A stretch of DNA of 62,482 nt, taken from positions 1 to 62,482 of the forward strand of contig CAYWAU010000001.1 of the NCBI GenBank assembly GCA_964456395.1, read 5' to 3'. The notes beneath the pieces were generated by a model. That model worked only from the letters and a program-made list of their open reading frames with translations, made no database searches and was not told the origin of the DNA. Origin of the DNA: an uncultured Dehalococcoidaceae bacterium. Lineage in GTDB: Bacteria > Chloroflexota > Dehalococcoidia > Dehalococcoidales > RBG-16-60-22. Below, in pieces: positions 26,295 to 36,194 of the stretch. The position numbers and the translations under genes are program-made. Within the stretch, counting starts at the first letter, position 1. Each line of letters opens with the position of its first letter.

Positions 26295-27962
26295 TCAATC
26301 GCGCAGAACCGCCCCGCGGCTGGCTGAGGTTACCCTGTCCGCATAGCGCTTGAGGTAGCCGGTTTTTACCCTAGGCTCAAAGACGGGTAATTGTGCTAGG
26401 CGATTTTTTATCTCCTCATCGGTCAATTCCACTTCAAGTTTATGGTTGGGAATATCAATGCTTATCATGTCGCCGTCATGTATAATAGCTATCGGCCCGC
26501 CGCTGGCTGCCTCCGGTGATATGTGACCGATAGCCGGCCCGCGCGTCGCCCCGGAGAAACGACCGTCGGTAACAAGGGCGACCTCCCTGTCTTTGCCCAT
26601 GCCGCAGAGCAAGGCAGTTGTCCACAGCATTTCCACCATGCCGGGACTGCCCCTGGGTCCTTCGTAGCGAATCACGAGCACATCGCCACTCTTGAAATTC
26701 TGGTTCATTACTGCCTTGGTCGCTTCCGCTTCCGAATTGAAAACTCGTGCCGGACCCCGGTGGACAAGCATCTCAGGAGCGACGGCACCGCTTTTCACCA
26801 CAGCGCCATCGGGAGCCAGGTTGCCAGATAAAACGGTAATGCCGCCGGTGGCCGCATAGGGGTCAGCTAACGGACGGATTACCTTCCGGTCCATCACCCT
26901 AGCAGCTTCAAGGTTCTCTCCCAGCGACCTGCCGGTAACCGTCTTGACTTCAAGATTCAGCAAAGGCTCAAGCTCCTTCATCACGGCAGGTATGCCGCCG
27001 GCGAGGTCCAGATGCTGTAACCGGTATTCCGATGCCGGGCTGAACTTGGCAAGCAAAGGGGTCTGGCCGCTAATCTCGTTGATAAGCGAAAGAGGAAAAT
27101 CAATGCCGGCCTCGTGGGCTATCGCCGGCAGGTGCAATACCGTGTTGGTGCTGCCGCCCACCGCCATGGCGACCACAAAGGCGTTGTAAACGGATTCCCC
27201 GGTAACAATGTCGCGCGGACAGACATTCTCATTGACCAGCCCCACAATTCTTCTGCCGGCACCCTTAGCCAGATTATTTCTTCGTACATCCACCGCCGGG
27301 ATAGTGCCGTTGCCGGGTAGCGCCATGCCCAGGGCTTCCGTCAGGCAGTTCATGGTATTGGCGGTGAACATACCGGCACAGCTACCGCAGGTCGGACAGG
27401 CAGCGTGAGCCAGGTTTTCCAGGTCTTCTTCACTGATTTCGCCTCTTAATGCCGGCGCCATACTTTCCGCAACGGTAGCCAGGTCAATCAATCTGGACTC
27501 ACCGTTTTCGTAGACCCGCCCCGCCAGCATCGGCCCCCCACTGACAAAGATTGAGGGTATGTTTACCCTGACGGCGCCCATGAGCATACCGGGCACTATT
27601 TTGTCGCAGTTGGGTATAAGAACGAGACCATCCAGGGGATAAGCCCCGGCCAGGATTTCCACGGAATCAGCAATAAACTCCCGACTGGGCAGGTTATACC
27701 TCATGCCCGGGAGTCCCTCATTGATGCACTCTCCCAGCGCTATGGTACCCAGCTCAAACGGGACACCGCCGGCACTGCGGACACCCGCTTTCACCGAGCT
27801 GGCAATACCATCCAGATGGGCATGTCCGGGGAATATCTCGCTCTTACTATTGATAATCCCGATAAACGGCTTCTTTAAATCTTCCTCACTGCAACCCACC
27901 GCATAAAGTGCGGCGCGCTGTGGCGCATGCTCAATCCCCTTTTTGGTAGCGTCACTTCTCAT
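26295..27962 (-). CDS. ilvD: dihydroxy-acid dehydratase (IlvD/Edd family)
   Basis: 555 aa. [41 protein letters not shown]. Confidence 0.85.
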   Translation of the reverse strand: MRSDATKKGIEHAPQRAALYAVGCSEEDLKKPFIGIINSKSEIFPGHAHLDGIASSVKAGVRSAGGVPFELGTIALGECINEGLPGMRYNLPSREFIADSVEILAGAYPLDGLVLIPNCDKIVPGMLMGAVRVNIPSIFVSGGPMLAGRVYENGESRLIDLATVAESMAPALRGEISEEDLENLAHAACPTCGSCAGMFTANTMNCLTEALGMALPGNGTIPAVDVRRNNLAKGAGRRIVGLVNENVCPRDIVTGESVYNAFVVAMAVGGSTNTVLHLPAIAHEAGIDFPLSLINEISGQTPLLAKFSPASEYRLQHLDLAGGIPAVMKELEPLLNLEVKTVTGRSLGENLEAARVMDRKVIRPLADPYAATGGITVLSGNLAPDGAVVKSGAVAPEMLVHRGPARVFNSEAEATKAVMNQNFKSGDVLVIRYEGPRGSPGMVEMLWTTALLCGMGKDREVALVTDGRFSGATRGPAIGHISPEAASGGPIAIIHDGDMISIDIPNHKLEVELTDEEIKNRLAQLPVFEPRVKTGYLKRYADRVTSASRGAVLRD

Positions 27963-27997
27963 GTCGCTTCTCCTTCCCAGGCGTCAACAGTAGACGG

Positions 27998-29245
27998 CTA
28001 ACTGATGCAGTACTGGATGTCAGCGTTCGGGTAGACGGCAACCCGGGCGTCAGACCCGTGATTTTCCCGGAGCACCTGCAGGACGTCACTCCACCGGTGC
28101 ATCATCAGGACCTTATCCGTTTCCTCAAAGTAGCCCATGCTGGCAAGTTCAGGGTATTCGCTGAAGACGATTAAACGATTCACATTCGGCGGCGGCTTCA
28201 TCTGAAGCCTCAACCGCCCGCCGATGGTATTCCCGAAGGTACCCATCAGGTAGTGAGTCATCTGACCTTCCGGTGCATTGGCGATAAGAACGATATCTCC
28301 ACCCCGCTGACTTACTGCCGGGAAGGCGAGTAACAGTCCGCAGATTGCCTCATTAACCTTGGCAAAGGTGTTGGTAATGACGATATCCTTGTCCTCGGCG
28401 GCCGGGGTGAGGTAGTGAGCCCTGGATTCATTAAGGCCGGCGGTATAGGCTGGGCCGGGGTCGCCGGCAAAAATGGCGACTGTCTCACCCCACATATTGA
28501 CAATGGCGTCTATCTTGATATCCATTTTGACCATTGCGGCGGCTTCGTCGGTATCCCGGCGCCTCGGGTTATTCTCCACAACCCCCATACCGGTAACCGT
28601 CCCGCCAAAGCCCTGCTCTTTGCCCGATGACCTGGGGTTATGGAAGGCTTTCATCGTCGCCAGAGCCGCTACTCCCGGCAGCAACATCTTGCCGCCACCG
28701 CCGAACCCGGTCATAATATGCGGTACGATAGAACCGATGCCTATCTTAAGGTCGCATTTCATTACTTCGGCATTGATAAGCACTCTGGTGCCACCGGTGG
28801 TAGTGCCGACGTAAACGCAGTTGGCAAACGGGTCATGATTATAAACCGGAAACCGCGACAGGGTATCCTCCCCCAGTTTCTTCACGAAATCAAGTCGGTT
28901 CATCGCCCCGTGAGAGCCGAGGGCGGCAATGAATCGTATCCGGCTATCGGGGATGCCGGCAGCCGCCAGTTCCTCCAGGACATGAGGCACTATCTCCGCC
29001 ACTCTGGTAACACGCGCCATGTCATCAAAGATGATAACCACCTCTTTCCTGCCCCGGGCATACTCTTTCAACGGCGGCATGCCGATGGGATTAGCTATAG
29101 CTTCCTTTATCTCAGCCGGTTTCAGGTGCGGACGATTATATCCGGCCATATTGCAGACTTCCACCTGCCAGCTATCGGGAACGGAAAGCTCCAGGTCCTT
29201 AACGCCGTGCCATGCCAGTTGCGGCAATTTAATGGTACTCGCCAA
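27998..29245 (-). CDS. LarA-like nickel-pincer-dependent 2-hydroxyacid racemase/epimerase (DUF2088)
   Basis: 415 aa. By eye it aligns to L. plantarum LarA catalytic and cofactor residues: ALGSHG (His108 equivalent), VPHIMTGFGGGGKMLLPG (His174/Lys184 equivalents), AFHN (His200 equivalent). Confidence 0.7.
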   Translation of the reverse strand: MASTIKLPQLAWHGVKDLELSVPDSWQVEVCNMAGYNRPHLKPAEIKEAIANPIGMPPLKEYARGRKEVVIIFDDMARVTRVAEIVPHVLEELAAAGIPDSRIRFIAALGSHGAMNRLDFVKKLGEDTLSRFPVYNHDPFANCVYVGTTTGGTRVLINAEVMKCDLKIGIGSIVPHIMTGFGGGGKMLLPGVAALATMKAFHNPRSSGKEQGFGGTVTGMGVVENNPRRRDTDEAAAMVKMDIKIDAIVNMWGETVAIFAGDPGPAYTAGLNESRAHYLTPAAEDKDIVITNTFAKVNEAICGLLLAFPAVSQRGGDIVLIANAPEGQMTHYLMGTFGNTIGGRLRLQMKPPPNVNRLIVFSEYPELASMGYFEETDKVLMMHRWSDVLQVLRENHGSDARVAVYPNADIQYCIS

Positions 29246-29281
29246 ACCAAACCTCCTGTATCTGATTTCGGGTCGCCATCC

Positions 29282-30439
29282 CTAGACTGTCATACCCAGC
29301 GAATGAATGGAAAATTCGCCATGTCCCAGAATTTCAGCCCTGGATGCCCTGCCGGAAGCAACCTCGATAATCTCCCGAAAAATCTGTTCGCCAACACCTC
29401 GTATTGACTCTTTACCCTCCAGTATGTCACCGGCATTGATATCAATATTTTCCTTCATATGCTCATAAATACGGCTATTGGAAGATACCTTTATCACCGG
29501 AACAATCGGTGCGCCCATCGGGGTCCCCCGGCCGGTGGTAAAAACGATGACCTGAGCACCGGAGGCAATCATGCCGGTGTTGCAGACCGCATCATGGGCC
29601 GGACCGTCCATGATTATCAGCCCCTTTTCCGAAGGCTTCTCCGCGAACTCTACCACCTGGTTAACGGGCGATGTGCCGCCTTTCAGAACGGCACCCAGTG
29701 ACTTCTCCTCCAGGCTGGTTAGTCCCCCCTCTATATTCCCCGGTGACGGCTCAGAGCCGCGAATATCGACTCCCGCCTTTTCCGCCAGGGCTTCGGTGGC
29801 CGCTGTTATCTGCCAGATACGCTTGCCAACGGCTTCACTGGCGGCTCTCCTGGCCAGCACCTGTTCCGCTCCGACCATCTCCGCCGTTTCCGAAATCAAC
29901 ACAGTGCCACCCTCCGCTACCAGCATATCAGAGGCGATACCAAGAGACGGGTTGGCGGTCAGGCCCGACAGGGTATCCGAGCCGCCGCAGTTAGTGCCCA
30001 GTACCAGTTCAGATATATCAACCGGCTCACGCCTGGCTTTGGCTGCCTCTTTCAATAGCTTCTCCGCTAACGCTTTGCCTTTCTCTACAGTGGCGGTGGT
30101 GCCCCCTTCCGCCTGAATACTCACCGTCTCAAACCTCTGACCGACCTTTGCCATCTCTCCGGCAATCAGTTCCGGGGTGATTAACTCACATCCGAGTCCA
30201 ACCAGTAAAACACCGGCTACATTCGGATTTCTGCAGAAACCGGCCATGGCGCGTACCATGTGTCCTTTCTCTTCACCAAGATGACCGCAACCGTGCGAAT
30301 GGGTAACACTGACCGTTCCGGGTACGGCCTGCCTTATCATATCGGCTACTACCGAAGCGCAGATTACCGTGGGAAAGACCAGCACATGATTTCGTGTCCC
30401 GACAGTCCCGTTATTTCTCCGATACCCCATGAAGTTCAT
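29282..30439 (-). CDS. UxaA-family dehydratase, large (C-terminal domain) subunit
   Basis: 385 aa. GYRRNNGTVGTRNHVLVFPTVIC, HSHGCG, and GLGCE are typical of altronate/galactarate-dehydratase-type enzymes. Confidence 0.75.
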   Translation of the reverse strand: MNFMGYRRNNGTVGTRNHVLVFPTVICASVVADMIRQAVPGTVSVTHSHGCGHLGEEKGHMVRAMAGFCRNPNVAGVLLVGLGCELITPELIAGEMAKVGQRFETVSIQAEGGTTATVEKGKALAEKLLKEAAKARREPVDISELVLGTNCGGSDTLSGLTANPSLGIASDMLVAEGGTVLISETAEMVGAEQVLARRAASEAVGKRIWQITAATEALAEKAGVDIRGSEPSPGNIEGGLTSLEEKSLGAVLKGGTSPVNQVVEFAEKPSEKGLIIMDGPAHDAVCNTGMIASGAQVIVFTTGRGTPMGAPIVPVIKVSSNSRIYEHMKENIDINAGDILEGKESIRGVGEQIFREIIEVASGRASRAEILGHGEFSIHSLGMTV

Positions 30440-30723
30440 GGTTTGTCCCCCCTCCCCCTGAGACCCTCAACGTTATGTATATGCACATGCCCCCCTTTGC
30501 TTATCTTCTCCGTGGCTTGCCCAATTACTTCTCCATATTTAATTATCCGCTCACCGCGCTCGATGTCCTTCAGAGCCAGCTTGTGCCCGAAAGGAATGGA
30601 TTGCTTCAGCACGATATCGACCAGGCTGTCCTCCACCTCAATGCCGACAGAATCGCCCTTTTCCAGCGGGCGTAATGCCGTGGCTACATTATCTTCCTTA
30701 TCCACCACAAGCGCACTTACCAT
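30436..30723 (-). CDS. UxaA-family dehydratase small subunit (SAF domain)
   Basis: About 95 aa from ATG 30723. DNVATAL...G......IPFGHKLALKDIERGERIIKYGEVIG is the SAF-domain pattern. 4-nt overlap with the large subunit. Confidence 0.7.
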   Translation of the reverse strand: MVSALVVDKEDNVATALRPLEKGDSVGIEVEDSLVDIVLKQSIPFGHKLALKDIERGERIIKYGEVIGQATEKISKGGHVHIHNVEGLRGRGDKP

Positions 30724-30873
30724 TGGCTGTTTCCCCCTGCTATTATCCGAATTAAAATACTGACCTGCACCCAGTAATTGTACCACTTTTTTACCTACAG
30801 TTTGTAAATCGTCAGCGAGATTCTTTTACATTGCAAGATGGCAAAACTTTAATGCTGATAACCTGTATATAAC

Positions 30874-30903
30874 TTGTACCTGCTCTGCGAATGATGCTAT
30901 ATT
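30874..30903 (+). promoter_or_regulatory. candidate extended -10 promoter for the acyl-CoA ligase gene
   Basis: TTGTAC-18 nt-TATATT with TG one base upstream of the -10 (TGcTATATT). Located ~30 nt before the 30936 start region. Confidence 0.4.
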
Positions 30904-30935
30904 GAGAGCGGCACAAGCCTGAAAGGAGGTCTACC

Positions 30936-32534
30936 ATGCAGAAAGTGCCGACAACTTATAAGATTGATGAGTTGGTAACTCCTGAGGGATACACCGAGTT
31001 GGTCTATGCGAATAGACCCAAAAACCTTACTGAGCTATTGAACAATACCGTAAGCAAATACGGCGACCAGGAAGGGCCCATAGATGAAAACGCCAGACTG
31101 ACTTACCGGCAGTTTGCCTCGCGGGTAAGTAACGCGGCATCCGCCCTCTATCACGACTACGGAATTAGAAAAGGCGATAGAGTAGCTTTAATGCTGAGGA
31201 ACGGACTGGAATTTGCCACCAGTCTTTTTGCCATAGCCAGAATAGGAGCCATAACCGTGCCGATGAACACCGGATTAAGAGGGGAGGAGATGGCTTACCA
31301 GCTTAAGGATTCCGGCGCCATCCTTCTGATAATAGAGCCGGAGTTCCATGAGTTATTAGCTGAAGCCAGCTCGGGAATCGGGGGGGTTAAACATATATTT
31401 CTCACCGGCGGAGAACCACCCGCCGGCACCATCGCCTTCTCAGAACTGCTTAAAGACAGGGGACACGCGCCAGTGGAAGTGGCGGTGAACGAGACGGATA
31501 ATGCGGCCATAATGTATACCTCGGGGACAACTGGCAGACCCAAGGGAGCATTATTACCTCATAAAGGTGTCATTGCCAGCGCCATGAATGTGTCCCAGTT
31601 ATACGACCGGCGCGCCGAGCTGGATAAGATGCTTATCGTGGTGCCTTTATTCCACATAACCGGACTGGCACAATCTCTGGGTTCTTCCATATACAGCGGA
31701 AATCCCGTTGTACTTGCCAGAAGATTCAAAACTGCGGACGCTCTAAAGGTTATTGAAGAAGAAAAGATAACGACAATAATAGCCGTTCCCACCATATTCT
31801 GGCTTATGCTCAATGCGCCTGACTTTGACCAGTGCAACCTGAGCTCCCTTCGCCTCCTTGCTTCCGGCGGCGCACCTGTACCTGATGATTTACCGAAACG
31901 CTGTGCCGAGAAACTACCGGGAGTCCAGTTTGTGCCCGGGTACGGGCTCACCGAATCCAACGGCATGTGTCACACAACGCTCACTACCGACGAAGCCCTG
32001 AGTAAGCCCGGCTCGGTCGGGAGAGCGGTGCCGATAATAGATGCCAAAATCGTTGACAGTTCTGGAAGAGAGTTGCCCCCCGGCGAGACAGGAGAAATTC
32101 TGGTAAAGGGCTGTCAGACACTAAAAGAGTACTGGAACAAGCCAGAGGCGACCAGGGAAACTATCGTTGACGGCTGGGTGCACACAGGCGATGTCGGCAT
32201 GATTGCCGAAGACGGCTACACTTATATTTTCGACCGACTGAAGGATATGATTATCCGCGGTGGTGAGAATATATATAGCATTGAAATAGAAAACGTGTTA
32301 TACCAGAACCCCAAAGTACTGGAAGCGGCTGCTGTTGGCGTTCCTGACGTTGTATTTGGCGAGCAGGTCAAAGCAGCCATCGTGCTCAAGCCGGGGGAGC
32401 AGGCAACAGAAGAGGAAATTCAAGAATTCTGTGGGAAGCATTTAGCTTACTACAAAGTCCCCAAGTACGTCGAGTTCAGGGAATCCCTGCCACGCAATCC
32501 AGCCGGCAAGGTTGTCAAGGGCCAGCTGAAATAA
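30936..32534 (+). CDS. AMP-forming acyl-CoA synthetase/ligase (ANL superfamily)
   Basis: 532 aa. AMP-binding motif MYTSGTTGRPKG, plus YGLTE, GDVG, and the C-terminal PRNPAGKV lysine motif. Confidence 0.9.
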   Translation: MQKVPTTYKIDELVTPEGYTELVYANRPKNLTELLNNTVSKYGDQEGPIDENARLTYRQFASRVSNAASALYHDYGIRKGDRVALMLRNGLEFATSLFAIARIGAITVPMNTGLRGEEMAYQLKDSGAILLIIEPEFHELLAEASSGIGGVKHIFLTGGEPPAGTIAFSELLKDRGHAPVEVAVNETDNAAIMYTSGTTGRPKGALLPHKGVIASAMNVSQLYDRRAELDKMLIVVPLFHITGLAQSLGSSIYSGNPVVLARRFKTADALKVIEEEKITTIIAVPTIFWLMLNAPDFDQCNLSSLRLLASGGAPVPDDLPKRCAEKLPGVQFVPGYGLTESNGMCHTTLTTDEALSKPGSVGRAVPIIDAKIVDSSGRELPPGETGEILVKGCQTLKEYWNKPEATRETIVDGWVHTGDVGMIAEDGYTYIFDRLKDMIIRGGENIYSIEIENVLYQNPKVLEAAAVGVPDVVFGEQVKAAIVLKPGEQATEEEIQEFCGKHLAYYKVPKYVEFRESLPRNPAGKVVKGQLK

Positions 32535-32587
32535 CCTGCCGGCTGGTAAACGATTATCAACGTGGACAGCTATTAGGAGGCTAACCC

Positions 32588-33835
32588 TTGCTGCGCTGTT
32601 ACCGAGTTCTGGATTTGACCAATGAGAGGGGCTATATTTGTGGCCGGGCTTTAGGTGACCTCGGGGCTGATGTTATCAAGATTGAGAAGCCGGGAGGAGA
32701 CCCCGGGCGGAGTGTCGGCCCTTTTTACCATGACATCCCCGACCCGCAGAAAAGCCTGTACTGGTTTGCCTTCAATACCAACAAGAGAGGCATAACGCTT
32801 GACATTGAAACAGCCGACGGGCGGGAGATATTCAAGGAGCTGGTTAAGCATTTTGATGTTGTCGTAGAGTCCTTCGAGCCCGGATATATGGACGGCCTGG
32901 GCCTCGGCTACCCGGTCTTGAGTCAGATAAATCCCCAGCTGGTCATGACATCAATCAGCAATTTCGGGCAGGAAGGACCGTACCGAGACTATAAGGCTTC
33001 CGATATTGTCGTTCTCGCTCTGGCGGGTATCATGTACGTGACCGGCGACCCCGACAGGCCCCCGCTTGTCTCCAGCTACCCGCATGCCTTTCTCTTCGCG
33101 GGGATGGAAGCCGCCGTCGGCACCATGATAGCCCTCTATAACCGACCCATCCTAGGTCACGGTCAGCACGTTGATGTTTCCGCGCAACAGAGCCTCGTTT
33201 ATCTGGCGGGACCGGAAGTGGAAGCCCTCTGGCAAATGGAGGGGAAAATATACGAACGCCGCGGCAGAAGGCGGTGGCGATTAGCCACAAAATCAGGTGA
33301 AATATACGCACCGCTACTGTGGGAGTGCCAGGACGGTGAAGTAGGCTTCATGCCGATGCTGGGTTTCAGCCGCGCCAGGGAGAATAAAGCGCTGGCGGAA
33401 TGGATGGAGAGTGAGGGTATCAACAGTGGTCCCCTGGGAAGAATTGACCTGGAGACGACCGGTTGGGAAGGCCTGACCAGCGAAGATGCTGAGGAAATAT
33501 TTGAGAGTGTCGCCCGGCTCATGCGAAAACATACCAAGAAGGAGATGTACGACGGAGCCAAGGAGAGGGGACTCCAGCTGGTGCCAACGCTAACCATGGC
33601 GGAAAGAATGAAGTTCCCGCACCTCGTTGCCAGAAATTACTGGGTGGACGTAGATTATCCCGAATTAGATACCACCATTACCCATCCCGGCGCTTTCTTA
33701 AAATTCTCGGAGACACCCTGCGTCAAACCGCGCCGCGCCCCTCTTATCGGCGAGCACAATGACGAGGTCTATAACCAGGAACTGAGTCTGTCCCGAGAAG
33801 AAATCGTGGCTTTGAAGCAACGCAGGGTCATCTAA
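32588..33835 (+). CDS. family III CoA-transferase (CaiB/BaiF/Frc), type A of a tandem pair
   Basis: 415 aa with TTG start. VLDLTNERGYICGRALGDLGADVIKIEKPGGDP N-terminal signature. Close paralog of 56462-57700. Confidence 0.85.
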   Translation: MLRCYRVLDLTNERGYICGRALGDLGADVIKIEKPGGDPGRSVGPFYHDIPDPQKSLYWFAFNTNKRGITLDIETADGREIFKELVKHFDVVVESFEPGYMDGLGLGYPVLSQINPQLVMTSISNFGQEGPYRDYKASDIVVLALAGIMYVTGDPDRPPLVSSYPHAFLFAGMEAAVGTMIALYNRPILGHGQHVDVSAQQSLVYLAGPEVEALWQMEGKIYERRGRRRWRLATKSGEIYAPLLWECQDGEVGFMPMLGFSRARENKALAEWMESEGINSGPLGRIDLETTGWEGLTSEDAEEIFESVARLMRKHTKKEMYDGAKERGLQLVPTLTMAERMKFPHLVARNYWVDVDYPELDTTITHPGAFLKFSETPCVKPRRAPLIGEHNDEVYNQELSLSREEIVALKQRRVI

Positions 33836-33859
33836 TCCGGTGAGATAAAGGAACGAGAC

Positions 33860-35077
33860 ATGAAAAATAGACCCTTTGAAGGCGTAAATGTCCTGGAGTT
33901 TTGCTGGGCGGGCGTGGGTCCATTTTCACTCAGCTATCTTGGCTATTACGGAGCCACGGTAATAAAAATAGAAAGCGCCTCGCATCCGGATATGGTCAGA
34001 ACCATGCAGCCTTACAAGGACGGCATACCGGGTATAAATCGCAGTGGCTTTTTTGCTTATACCCATATGGTTAAAAAGCACTGTATCAGCCTGAACCTGA
34101 AACACCCCAGGGCAGAGAAGATTAAGAAGAAGCTGATGTCCTGGGCCGATGTGGTCGTTGATAACTTTGCCGCCGGGACAATGGAGAAATGGGGCTTCGG
34201 TTATGAAGATATTAAAAAGGTAAAGCCCGACATAATTATGTTCCACAGCTGCCTTTACGGTCGAATAGGTCCTCTCGCCGGCCTTTCCGGCACGGGGCTG
34301 GACCTGACCACTCTAAGCGGGTTCAACTCAATCGCTGGCTGGCCTGATAGGCCATCCGTCCCGATATCCAGTTATTACACCGACAATGTTGCCCCTATGT
34401 TTGGAGGGTTGGCAATAGTTGCGGCTCTCGACTACAAGCGGAGAACCGGCAAAGGTCAATATCTTGATATGTCACAGCTTGAATCAGGCTTAAATTTCCT
34501 GGCGCCGGTCGTACTTGACTATGCGGCGAACCAGCGGGAGCTATCCAGAACCGGCAACAGGCTTGCCTATGCCGCTCCGCACGGAGCCTACCGCTGTAAG
34601 GGTAAGGACAGATGGTGTGCCATTGCCGTATTTACCGACGAGGAGTGGCAGAGCTTTTGCCAGGTTATCGGAGAGCCAGACTGGACCAGGGATGCCAGGT
34701 TCGCCACCCTGACCGGAAGAGTTGAGAATAGTGACGAGCTTGACGAGCGCGTCAATGAATGGACGGTCAACTTTACCGCGGAGCAGGTAATGGAAATGAT
34801 GCAGGCGGCGGGCGTCAGCGCCGGGGTGGTCATAAACTCCCAGGACCAGGTCGATAACCCTCAGTTTAAACACTATAACTTTTTCCCCGAGATAGAGCAC
34901 CCTGAGATAGGAAAAGTAACGTTCTTCCACCCTCGCGGTTTCAAGCTGTCCGAGGCTGAGGCTGAGGTAGACCGGTCGCCCCTGCTGGGTGAGGCAACCG
35001 AGTACGTTTGTACCGAAATCCTGGGCATTCCGGATGACGAATTCGCCGAGCTGGTGCAAGAAGGGGTATTTGATTAG
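33860..35077 (+). CDS. family III CoA-transferase, type B of a tandem pair
   Basis: 405 aa. PFEGVNVLEF...GATVIKIES, and the internal APHGAYRCKGKDRWCAIAV motif. Close paralog of 55235-56452. Confidence 0.85.
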   Translation: MKNRPFEGVNVLEFCWAGVGPFSLSYLGYYGATVIKIESASHPDMVRTMQPYKDGIPGINRSGFFAYTHMVKKHCISLNLKHPRAEKIKKKLMSWADVVVDNFAAGTMEKWGFGYEDIKKVKPDIIMFHSCLYGRIGPLAGLSGTGLDLTTLSGFNSIAGWPDRPSVPISSYYTDNVAPMFGGLAIVAALDYKRRTGKGQYLDMSQLESGLNFLAPVVLDYAANQRELSRTGNRLAYAAPHGAYRCKGKDRWCAIAVFTDEEWQSFCQVIGEPDWTRDARFATLTGRVENSDELDERVNEWTVNFTAEQVMEMMQAAGVSAGVVINSQDQVDNPQFKHYNFFPEIEHPEIGKVTFFHPRGFKLSEAEAEVDRSPLLGEATEYVCTEILGIPDDEFAELVQEGVFD

Positions 35078-35110
35078 CCGTTTTTACGTAGGCGGCTCTA
35101 ACACACGGGG

Positions 35111-35854
35111 TCAGTCCTTTTCCAGAAATTGGGCTACCCTCTCCCTGAACTCTGCCGAAGCGGTAACCTCATTACTGCAGATAACTGAGTAGTGCAGGGA
35201 CTCATGCTCGTTCATTTGAAGCCCCACGTCAATTGCCCTTTTGGATATCCTGAGAGCAGTAGGCGGATTCTTGGCGATTCTCCTGCCCAGCTCCAGTGCC
35301 TCGTTTAAGAACTCGTCTTCGGGGTAAACGTGATTCACCAGTCCTATCCGGCAGGCCTCAGCCCCATTGACCAGGTCCCCGGTGAAGATAAGCTCCTTTC
35401 CCATACCTGCCCCGACCAGACGCGGCAACCTGGCTGTCCCGCCGGCAGGACCAAGGAGCCCCATCTTTATGTGGCCATCGCCGATTCTGGCTGTTTCTGA
35501 CGCAATGCGGATATCACAGGCCATAGCCATCTCCAGGCCACCGGCGACACAGGGTCCTCCAATAGCCGCAATCGTTGGCTTTGGTAAATCCCTAATCTTC
35601 TCCATCATGCCCGGCTCCAATGGGGGTTTACCACTCTCTTCCTGAACAGCCGCCAGGTCAGCGCCAGCACAGAAGCATTTCGGACCTCCAGTTAAAATTA
35701 CTGCCCCCACCCCGCCGTCCCGCTCGGCATCATCAGCAGCCTTGATTATCTCACGCGACATCTGCCGGTTGATGGCATTCCTTTTCTCGGGCCGGTTAAG
35801 CGTAATTATAGCTACCCCGTCCTTTTTTTCGTAAATTAACGTTGTGTAGTCCAC
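35111..35854 (-). CDS. enoyl-CoA hydratase/isomerase (crotonase family)
   Basis: 247 aa. ITLNRPEKRNAI, FCAGADL, IAAIGGPCVAGGLEMAMACD. Confidence 0.9.
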   Translation of the reverse strand: MDYTTLIYEKKDGVAIITLNRPEKRNAINRQMSREIIKAADDAERDGGVGAVILTGGPKCFCAGADLAAVQEESGKPPLEPGMMEKIRDLPKPTIAAIGGPCVAGGLEMAMACDIRIASETARIGDGHIKMGLLGPAGGTARLPRLVGAGMGKELIFTGDLVNGAEACRIGLVNHVYPEDEFLNEALELGRRIAKNPPTALRISKRAIDVGLQMNEHESLHYSVICSNEVTASAEFRERVAQFLEKD

Positions 35855-35940
35855 TTGCCTCCTTTCCCCACAGATATTAATTAATATTTTTCCCGCTGAA
35901 ATAGCGGGCGGTACCGGCGAGCTATCGGCACTCCGGAAAC

Positions 35941-35969
35941 TTTACCATAATTTACCATAATAATTATGG
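35941..35969. promoter_or_regulatory. tandem TTTACCATAA x2 overlapping a CCATAAT-a-ATTATGG palindrome (candidate operator) in a divergent intergenic region
   Basis: Read directly: tttaccataa at 35941-50 and 35951-60; palindrome at 35955-35969. Lies between the divergent crotonase and ACAD genes. Confidence 0.35.
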
Positions 35970-36194
35970 CAGAAATGCTGCGCACTGGCAACGCCAAAGA
36001 TAAGATATTTGCCATCCGGAACTGGGCATAGCGGATTTGACAGCACAGAACACCCCGCCTACCGCAGCTCCCTGAAATCAGGTACGCATTACCTCTAATA
36101 AATACGATTATGCTAAAATACAGCTATTAGCAGAGTACGACTATTTAGCAAATGCTGACCGACTGACAAAATATATTTGAAGGGAATAACTACT

